From assembly GCA_951406725.2 (NCBI GenBank), contig OX597820.1:47616001-47680000 (forward strand): a stretch of 64,000 nucleotides of DNA, given 5' to 3'. The notes below the pieces were generated by a model. That model made no database searches. It saw nothing but the letters and a program-made list of their open reading frames with translations, and was not told where the DNA came from. How positions within the stretch are numbered: position 1 is the first letter of the stretch; each line of letters begins with the position of its first letter. Positions 53,189-64,000 of the stretch are shown here, one piece after another. The DNA is from Octopus vulgaris. Taxonomy: Eukaryota. The position numbers and the translations under genes were made by a program.

Positions 53189-53521
53189 GCAAATCTTTAT
53201 GTAAAAAGTATTACCTGAACCGATATCCTTTAGGAAGTATTTTAAACACGGGTAAATCTTTCTGGGATGCCCTGTGCATAATGCATGTATATAATAGACA
53301 CATACACATGTGTATATATAATGCATAAGAGAAAGCTAAAGTAAGCTCGGTATAGATATTCACCGAATAACTCACAGATAAAACTGGAACTTAAAATTCA
53401 ATTCTTTCATCTTAGGTAGATAATGCTGGTGTTGGGAGTCGGCTATAAGAACAACATTCGTTGATCTGGTATTGAAGTAAAAACAAGCAGATAAAAAAGG
53501 GTGTATCATACACTTCACTTA

Positions 53522-53729
53522 TGTATTAAGATTACTATTGCTTCATGTTAAGAAAATATTTTATCAATTTTTGAAGCCGATCACATAAAGAAATCGGTGT
53601 TTGTCACCATTTTGCGTTAAAACATTGTTTTAATCCAAAATGGACATGAAATCCAATTTTGCCATGTGATCAGCTTCAAAAATTGTTAAGATATTTTCTT
53701 AACATAAAACCAATGGAAGCCTTAATACA
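53522..53729. mobile_element. Fold-back hairpin element (~100-bp imperfect arms, centre TAAAACATTGTTTTA)
   Basis: TGTATTAAG..ATGTTAAGAAAATAT..AATTTTTGAAGCCGATCACAT is mirrored on the right side. Confidence 0.75.
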
Positions 53730-53854
53730 CAAATAAAAAAATATATTTATCCACCAATGTGGTGTTGAGCACTCATTCTCATTGCTCGACATTTACGAGT
53801 GTGTGTGTGTGTGTGCATTCGCATACAGACATGCCCAAACGCATATGATGATTT

Positions 53855-54490
53855 CTTATTTCTTTATTGCCTACAAGGGGCTAAACACAGAGGGGGAAAA
53901 ACAAGGACAGACAAAAGGATTAAGTCGATTACATCGACCCCAGTATGTAACTGGTACTTAATTTATCGACCCCGAAAGGATGAAAGGCAAAGTCGACTCG
54001 GCGGAATTTGAACTCAGAACGTAACGGCAGACGAAATACAGCTACGCATTTCGCCGGGCGTGCTAACGATTCTGCCAGCTCGCCGCCTTAGATAACAACA
54101 ATAATAACGGTTTCTTATTAAGGCTTGCCTGTTTTGTAGGGAAAGAATAAGACAATACCATCGACTTAAGTAATTGACTAGCGCTTTATTTTATCGACCC
54201 TGAAAGGAGGAAAAGCAAAATTTGAATTCAGAAACGTATTGAGTTAGAACAAAACATCACAAAGCATTTTCTTTCCGACACTCTAACGATTCTGCCAGCA
54301 TGTCGCCATATCATGACAGCAACAACAACATGAACGATTTTTCCCTACGTTAGGCACAGGGTCTGAAATTCTGATGGAAGGGTTTAAATCGATGACGTCG
54401 AAACCGGTGATCAACAGTATATATTTTATTGAGCCTCGAAAGGGAGGAATGCAAAGTCAACGACAGCGGCATTTGAAATCAGAACGTAAA
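53855..54490 (-). mobile_element. Three tandem SINE family B copies (53855-54090 is well preserved)
   Basis: Reverse-complement family B bodies. Confidence 0.75.
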
Positions 54491-54569
54491 TACAAGAAGA
54501 AATGAAAACAATGCTCACATTTAATTCTGTACACTTATTGATGTACATTCGTGCTTGTGGATACACACA

Positions 54570-54682
<113 letters not shown>

Positions 54683-54855
54683 ACTCACACACATGCATAT
54701 AAATATATACAAGTATCCCCTTACATATCAATCAATCGCACAATTTTTTCATTCTCTTTCTTTCTCTCCACTTTCTTTATCACACTATCTCTCTCTCAGT
54801 CTTTCCATCTCTCTCCCCTCTCCTCTCTCTTTCTCTCTCACGCGTGCGATCTATG

Positions 54856-54907
<52 letters not shown>

Positions 54908-55137
54908 CTGTATGTATGCGTATATATATATATATATATTTATATAATACATTTATAGTCCTACATATATCTCACTGTATGAATGAATGTATCTATCTAT
55001 CTATAATATATATTTATTATATAGAAGGAGAATGTAGAACTGTTTCTATCTATCTATTTCTATCTATCTATCTATATAATAAATCAATTTTACTCTGCTA
55101 TGTATATATATACTAACCCCGAATCAACCCGGGACCT

Positions 55138-55197
<60 letters not shown>

Positions 55198-55804
55198 GTA
55201 TATATATATTCACATATACACATTACACATATATACATATAAGCATGTATGCACACACACAAATATAAACATATACACATAAATACTTACGCACGTACAC
55301 ACACATACACATGTATATTATAAGATACCAAAATACACAAACATAGACTTAAATATATACATTGATCTTACGGAACAAATATGGTCCGCCTCCATACACA
55401 CACAGATGCGCGCGCTCATATTAAAAGTATAAAGGAATCAGACATAACATTCCACCTCCACACTACCGTAGTTATTACTATGAATATATAAGTAGTTAAA
55501 ATACACAGTGGGGAGTATGTATTATTTATTAAACTATTCTCGACCTCCTCTCTATTAACGTAATAACAGACTTGTAATCACAACATTACAACAGTTACTT
55601 CGTATTCATTTATTTAAATACGTGTGCAAATATGCAAGTATTCACGTACAGGCAGTTGCGTTTTGTATATATTTATATGTGTGTGTGTGCGTGTGTATAC
55701 GCACATATACATATGTATATACACTTATATACATATGAATATATATATATATGTTTGTGTATATGGTTCTAAGTGTGTTTGCATGTGGGTAAATATTTCT
55801 TTAA

Positions 55805-55919
<115 letters not shown>

Positions 55920-56778
55920 CATATATATATATACATATATGCATACATACGTCTGTATATGAACAAATTATATACATTCATATAAATACTATATGCATAA
56001 CAACAGAACATATATCTATGTCTACGTGTGAGTGTGTATATATCAAGATACATCTATCTACTGTATAGATTTAGGTATATATTATATATATATTGAATAA
56101 ATATACGTATATATTTAGGTATATAAGTATATGTATATGTATATATATATATATTATATATATCTATGTACGCTTATGTCTATGTGTGTGTGTCAAATTT
56201 ATATACATAGGTGGTGCTCCAGTATGACCACAGTCCAGTGACTGAAACTAGTCGAGGGATAAAGGGATACATACAGATACATATACATGCATACACAAAT
56301 ATTTTTATCTATACCCGCCCATATGAATATATATATATATATATATATAAATATACGAATGTACGCGTATGCGTATGCACATTCTTAACGTATCCATGCA
56401 AGTACTATGTAACAATTAAGATGGCGGTATGAGGCACTTATTAAAGTTTCCTTTCACTTCCGAAATGCAGTCAGCCTGATGTAATCCAACGGCAACCAGT
56501 TAAAACACTGTTTATCATAAACGCCGTATAATGGGATGTCTGATTACGTTTTACCAAGACACCCATTTTCCCTAACTTCTATGTGGTCACTGGATCTGCT
56601 AGAAATACCAATATTATGTTGTACAGTCTTAAAAATTTGTTTTAAAAAGATGGTGCAGGTGTAGATGACACAATGATCACAAATGTAAAGACATCGAGTA
56701 TCAGAAATTACTATGGAACGGAGAATCCTTTCGTGCTTGAATGAATATTGGATCATATTCTTCTAAATCTTTAAACCG

Positions 56779-56935
56779 ACATGGCTGTCTGATTAAGAAG
56801 TTCACTTTGCAACTATGTGACTTCGGGTTCAATACCACAGCGCGGTACCTTGTGTAAGCGTTTTTTAATATAGCACTAGATGGACCAATGCCTTATGAAT
56901 GAAACTGGTAGATGGAAACTGTGTGGAAGCCCATC

Positions 56936-56973
<38 letters not shown>

Positions 56974-57505
56974 CAATGATTTAATAAAAATATAACAAAC
57001 GCAAAAGATACCTAAGACATAAACGGCAAGTTTGAAAAAATCGTAACAAATAGAAAATTTGACAAAACCATAACACACACAAAAAAATTTCGTAGCTAAT
57101 TCCTCATCAGTCAACGTCCAAATCTCATAACTATTTCACGCCATTATCGTTGATATCGTTCCCTTTTGGTGGCGCCAGTTGCAAAAAGGCTACTGGGAAT
57201 TACTAATGTACGGACAGGAGTAGAACGAAAACAAACAAAATGAATTAAAATAATTGTAATAATCATACATATATAAACAAAGCTGTGCGGTTACCAGGAT
57301 ACATGTCTGTGTTTATCACCACCATAACTTGACAACGGGGGTGGGTTTGTTTTCATCCCTGTAACTTAGCGGTTTGGCAAAAAGACCGATAGTATATGTG
57401 CCAGAACTGAAAAGTCGGTACAGGATCGATTTATTTGAATAAACCCCTCAGGGAGATGGTCCAGCATGGCCGCAGTCCAGTGACTGAAACAAGTAAAAAA
57501 TGAAA
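56779..57505 (+). mobile_element. Diverged SINE family A split by an insertion in its (TA)n
   Basis: Head at 56779-56940 and tail at 57300-57505. Confidence 0.6.
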
Positions 57506-57691
57506 GCTAATAGATACAATTACTTCATAAACGTAATATTTAACTTTACACTTCATTTAATGGTGGAAAAACCATACGATTTTATTGTTAAACTTGTTTA
57601 AAACTTTGGCAGAAGGCCTGCAATTAAAATTTAGGTGCAATGATTTGGTTACAATTCCTTATAATGTTTAATTATAAAAAAAATATAGACT

Positions 57692-58196
57692 TACTCTTTT
57701 ATTCTTTTACTTGTTTCATTTCAATTGATGCTGGAACACCGCCTTAAAGGGTTTTAGTCGAACGAAGGAATCGATCCTAGGAATTATTCTTTGTATGCCT
57801 AATACTTATTCTATCGGTTTCTTTTGTGTTTATGGGGACATATACACACTAGCATCGGTTGTAAAGCGAAGGCAGGGGAGCAAACACAGACATAGACATA
57901 TAAACACATACATACATACATACATACATACATACATACATACATACATACATACATACACACATACATACATAATACATACACACATACAGACACATAT
58001 ATATATAATATGTATATATATATATACACGATGGGCTTCTTTCAGTTTCTGTCTACTAAATCCATTCACAAGGCTTTAGTCTGCCCGAGGCTATAGTAAA
58101 AGTTACAACGCAGTAGAAGGTACCATGCAATGGAACCGAACCTGGTACTACGTGGTAGGAAAGCAAGCTTCTTACTACACAGACACGACTGCGCCT
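57692..58196 (-). mobile_element. SINE family A
   Basis: Reverse-complement head, microsatellite and tail. Confidence 0.8.
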
Positions 58197-59022
58197 ATTG
58201 CTTGAATTTTTTTGAAACATCGAATAGCTATGGGGACCAATAGAATAATAATATGAATCAAAAAGAGTCCATAGCCAAAAAAAAAAAAATGTTCGAGGAT
58301 CACTGGCTTAAATTCAAACAACGACTATATTTTCTCATATTTTCTTTTCTTTGTTCCTAAGTTTGGTTTTACTTGCATCATGACTCGTTGACGTTTCTAC
58401 TCAATGCTTTTTTCCTTTTTGTCATCTGGATATAGAACTGAATGTTCAATAATTAACTTATATTATTAAGTTAAGTACTAACAGCAGAATAATATGAAAT
58501 TACGTGTTCTGAAAATGTTCGGCGAACATGCATGTTGTATAACAGCTCGCCATTTATTATGACTAAACGTGGATGAAATAACTTCATTTGTTGACAACTT
58601 TAGGACTTTGAAATACATTTGTGACTATTCAGTCTTTGAACATCGGATTAAAACACCTCTTGTCTTGTACAATAAACAAGAAAGCCAAGATCTTTCTGTT
58701 AGTTGATTCCCTATACAATCGTTTGTCAATTGTAAAGACATATGTATTGTTACTTCAGTTCTAAGAGAAAGTAAAATCCGCATACACTGAAACCTTAGGA
58801 AAGCAAGCAACAACGGAAGCATTACATTAAATAAAGAATTTACCGACAGCGAAAAATAATGTTGACAAGATAAAAGACGTCGTTGTACGTGAAACATTTA
58901 AACGAGCTTATTGAAATAGCGGAACAAACGTTATTAAGCAAAGTGCCATTAACACACGCACGCTTAGACACGTATCAATCAACACACATGCACAGACATT
59001 CATACAAAAGCACAACCATGTA

Positions 59023-59227
59023 CAAGGAGGTGCTGAAAAATTCCCGGCTTTAATGGTCTCGCGAAAGGCCAGGTTGGATGCATAAACTTCTGAATTCTTT
59101 TACAGGTCATAGAAAAACTGAAGGACCGCTGCAATAGGTATGTGAACCTGAGAGGAGAATAAAATCATAATTAACTGATCGTCCTGTATTTTTTTAAACC
59201 AAAACCAAGAACTTTTCACTACTCTCG
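59023..59227 (+). mobile_element. Mariner-derived MITE
   Basis: TA-flanked TIRs; retains the C-terminal remnant EKLKDRCNRYVNLRGE. Homolog of 14285-14497. Confidence 0.75.
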
Positions 59228-59281
59228 TATCGGTAGCCACTACACACATTTTCTTTTCTCTCCTTGTTTGTTTCTGTGTTC

Positions 59282-59317
59282 CTTTCTGTGGAAGAGCGTA
59301 GGCTCGAAATGTAAAAG
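59282..59317 (+). ncRNA. Degenerate minimal hammerhead-like motif in a Penelope pLTR-like repeat
   Basis: CUUU-CUGUGGA-A-GAGC GUAG GCUC-GAAAU-GUA-AAAG. Confidence 0.45.
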
Positions 59318-59404
59318 ACTTTTTCAATTCCTGAGCGTTATACTAATACATCTGTTTGTTTTCTACATCACCTGTTTTCGTCTTTAGATTTTTTCGTGAA
59401 TTCT

Positions 59405-59667
<263 letters not shown>

Positions 59668-59708
59668 TCGTTCCAGCACATACATACATACATACATACA
59701 TACATACA

Positions 59709-59768
<60 letters not shown>

Positions 59769-60022
59769 GTTGTGTTTCGGGATGGCCAGTTTTACTTTTT
59801 GCAAAATAAACACATGCACTATATATTCGTCCTTCACTTGTTTATTACTGTTCTTATTCTGACTCATGTCCATTATCCAGAAATCTTTCGTCACACATCT
59901 GTGACCTCTTCAGCGACACTTCCCGTCTTCGTGTGTGCTCTTGCTCTGTTTATTCCATTATGTTCCTCCTGAATTTCTTTTACCCACCGCTGGAAACTTT
60001 TCAGTAATCTCATATGTACATA

Positions 60023-60200
60023 TCTATTATATAAAATCCGCTCTGTCTGTCTCTGTGTGTGTCTTCTAGGATCTCGGGCATCTTCTAGAATCTCGGGCAC
60101 TCAAATTTTATATGTAGATACCGACGGTATCATGGCATGTATAAATCTTGAAAAAATTACAAAAAACGATTCCAGGTGAGAATGCGATCGATAAAGTGAA
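60023..60200 (+). mobile_element. Probable non-autonomous Helitron 5' portion
   Basis: A|TCTATTATATAAAA start followed by a (GTCT)-type microsatellite; the 3' hairpin/CTAG end was not identified. Confidence 0.4.
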
Positions 60201-60466
60201 TAAAATCGTTTTCCCTTTGGAATAGAAAAAAAGTCTATCTTCATTTCTTCTTTTGCTGGTGTCTGAAATTTAGGTTAAATTAGTGTTTCTCAAATGGGAG
60301 GCCTATGGGACGGTCGAACAAGTTGTTTTAAGAAAATTTGGTTTAAATTTGGACGGGGGGCGTTTTGCACGTATATATATATATAGTTAATCCAAACAAG
60401 AAAACACAGAAAAAAGAAAAAAAACACAGCAACGCAGGACGTGGAACAATTAAAGTATTATTGACG

Positions 60467-60598
<132 letters not shown>

Positions 60599-60835
60599 CA
60601 GTGCAAGAACACACACGAAGTGTCGTTGAAGAGGTCACAGATGTGTGACGAGCGAATTACTGCCAATGGACATGAATTAGAATAAGAACAGTGATGAACG
60701 ATTGAGGAACGAATATATAATGCGTTTTTATTTGGCAAAAGAAAAAAAATGATCATTCCGAAATACAACAATACCAGTTTCAGCACACGATTTCACATCA
60801 GGAATCATGCAACACAAATTCAAACATACATACAT

Positions 60836-60912
<77 letters not shown>

Positions 60913-60954
60913 CACACACGCATATACATACATATATAATTTCATTTTTTATAA

Positions 60955-61216
<262 letters not shown>

Positions 61217-61236
61217 TAAATAAATAAATATATATA

Positions 61237-62757
61237 GGAAGGAACCCTGCCCACCACTATGCAAGACCACCACAGTCAACAGACACGGGATGGCCTCCCC
61301 TAACGCCTGCACAGCCGTCACCCCAATACTTTTACTAAATATTGGGGGCCTGTTGCATCAACGTAGAAGCAAAATTTCTTTCCTGAGAGATGTTACTGCA
61401 TGCAATCAAGCCCTATGCATAGCACTTGTGGAAACTCACCTTAACCCTGATATAGAGGACGCAGAAGTACACATACCAAACTATGCCATACTGCGAACAG
61501 ACAGAAGGGAAAGGAGCCATGGTGGAGTTGCTGTATATAACCGAGATGACCTCACACCCCAGGTCTTAATGACATACTCAAATTCGGTATGTGACACTTT
61601 AATTGTATGCATAAGACAACATAATATAGTCATATGCAATACATATTGCCCACCGGATGCCCCAAATCACACAGGCAAGTTTGAAGATTGCCTCACAAGA
61701 ATTACAGAAATCTTCATGAATCCGGAACACCACGTGACCATATTTCTTATGGGTGATTTCAACTTCCCCAACGTCAAATGACCCGAAGGTCGTATACTCT
61801 CAGGAATGAATCATTGCAAGCAAGTACAGGTGGAGTCCCTGCTCAACCTCACCAATGCTTATTCATAGAGCAAGTTGTACTTAAGCCAACTGGGGCGAAT
61901 AACATTCTAGATCTCTGCTTCACGAGCAATATGGACATCATTCATGATGTGAAAGTGACACCGACATCAGTTTCGGATCACAACATAATAGAGCTGTCTA
62001 TGTTTGGGCCAAAAGTAACCAGAGACATACAGCCTAAAGGAATCACCCGAAATCTCTCTAATCTGAACTTCCACAAAGCAGATTCGAAATCGATCCAAAA
62101 AGAGATCCTCAGAGAGGACTGGCCGGAATGTCTCTCCACACCAGACATTGACATGAAACTAGAATGTTTCATGCCTTCTGTGCAAGCCGTATGCCAGAAA
62201 TATGTCCCAGAGCACAAGGCCAAAACAAATAGGAGCAAGATTCCAAGAGACAGGAAGATCCTCATGAGACGACGGACGAAGGTTGCAAATCGTCTCAACC
62301 AACATCCCAAAAGTAGCGAAACGTCCTGTCTAAAAACAACACTGATGGAGATCGAAAAAAGGCTGCAACAATCCTATGTGAAGGAGAAAGCAGACAAAGA
62401 AGCCTGGGTTATAAATAATATTAAATCAAGCCCAAAGGCCTTCTATCATTACGCGAAAGAAACAGTCTCAGTGCACTACAAGATAGGACCCCTCCTCCAA
62501 AAGGATGGCTCCCTCACAGACAGTCCAACTAAGATCAGTGAGATGCTGAATGACCAGTTTAAAAGTGTCTTTACCACCCCGTTGGAACACAGACAAGTGA
62601 ACGAACCAGTGGACTTCTTTGCCGCCTCACCTATAACCAGCGAGGCGGTTACAATAGAATGTATTGACATTAGCGAAAAAGATGTCCTACTAGCCATAGA
62701 TGAAGTGGACACAAACTCAGCTGCTGGTCCAGATGGTTTCCTAGCCATCCTCCTCAA
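61237..62757 (+). mobile_element. CR1/L2-group LINE ORF2 fragment: APE endonuclease and linker up to the start of RT, with a stop and frameshift
   Basis: LLNIGGL, ALVETHL, RTDR..HGGVAVY, YCPPD, MGDFNFP, NILDLCFT, SDHNII, PKAFYHYAK and SAAGPDGF. Confidence 0.9.
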
Positions 62758-62759
62758 TA

Positions 62760-62944
62760 TATATATTTACGTTTGTGTATGTTTCTGTTCCTGTAACCTA
62801 TCAGTTCCGCAAAGCGGGCCGATAGATTAAATACGAGGTTAAATAAGTAATGGGGGGTTCGGGAGTGGGGAATTCATTCGAGTAAAAATCTTGAAGGTGG
62901 TGCCCTAGAATGGTCGCAGTCTAATAGCTGAAACAAGTAAAAGA
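62760..62944 (+). mobile_element. SINE family A tail half, diverged
   Basis: GGTGGTGCCCTAGAATGGTCGCAGTCTAATAGCTGAAACAAGTAAAAGA. Confidence 0.65.
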
Positions 62945-63425
62945 CGCGCCCGCCGGTCCAGGAATCGAAATCACACACCCATTAACCTAACACGCTCACC
63001 ACTAAGCCATGCACCAGCCCGACTTTGATTTAGTACGTTTAAGATCGTTTTATTTATTATCGCTTCTTATTTAGCTCTTCTGATTAATTCGACCATTTTA
63101 CAGTTATTTTAGCAGAAATGTAAATATATAGTATGAAGATTAGCATACTTCCATATTTTAACATGTTAAATATGTGTAGGTACATAAGTTTACTTTCATT
63201 TCTATTTATATATTTTTATATCCAAATTAGAACGTGTTTCCATCTCTATATAATCATGCATACCTCCGTGTGGGAGAATACATGTTTATTTATTTGGGAT
63301 ATATATACACATAGGTGATTATATATATATATATATACAAGCACACACGCATGCACATATATATATATGTATATACGCGCGTGTACATATATATATATAT
63401 ATGTATGTGTGTGTGTATATATATG

Positions 63426-63596
<171 letters not shown>

Positions 63597-63598
63597 TA

Positions 63599-63682
<84 letters not shown>

Positions 63683-63818
63683 TACATACACATGGTTCTC
63701 TCGCTCTCTCGCTCTCTCTCTATCTATGTATATAGGTTTATTTATATGGATATATATATATTTTTTTTCTGTATATATATTTATGTGTATGTGTGTGCAT
63801 AATCTCTCTTTTTATCTA

Positions 63819-63892
<74 letters not shown>

Positions 63893-64000
63893 CATCCATC
63901 TATCATAACAATGCACAAATATATATACACACACACACATTTATGTATTGCTGGGTGATTATCTTTCTATAAATGTGTATAAATACATGTATGCTGAATT

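Larger units (their letters stand above)
50365..53274 (-). mobile_element. DD37D (maT/Bmmar1-type) Tc1-mariner transposon, decayed and interrupted by three insertions
   Basis: TIRs CAGGGTGTCCCAGAAAGATTCACCC and CAGGGCATCCCAGAAAGATTTACCC. Motifs WTDEKIFNVEA, VWAAVASDG, FTQGGIPAH and PPSSTDIISMNF, with 37 residues between the (mutated) second and third catalytic positions. Confidence 0.85.

Noticed and set aside
57085-57115. Hammerhead core CTGATGAG..CGAAA on the minus strand
   Set aside because: There is no convincing stem II, stem III or cleavage triplet.

Overview
This is AT-rich animal genomic DNA saturated with microsatellites. The repeat content suggests a coleoid cephalopod such as Octopus (inference). 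I see no intact protein-coding gene; almost all ORFs in the track are microsatellite artefacts. The window is a mosaic of three tRNA-type SINE families, decayed LINEs (R4/Dong with RLE endonuclease, a CR1/L2-group APE fragment, RTE, a Tx1/L1-like ORF1), Penelope-like GIY-YIG fragments, Tc1/mariner elements (a DD37D maT copy with a DD34D mariner and two SINEs nested in it, plus Tigger and mariner MITEs), several hairpin MITEs and a 10-bp satellite. The main oddities are: (1) a satellite insert at 32565-32757 flanked on both sides by near-perfect fold-back palindromes; (2) several minimal type-I hammerhead-like motifs; (3) a SINE/LINE shared 3' tail, a TSD-flanked dimeric SINE and a chimeric Dong element; (4) a few unique islands with promoter/enhancer-like motif clusters. 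Boundaries of decayed repeats are approximate, and family names come from motif recognition, not database searches.
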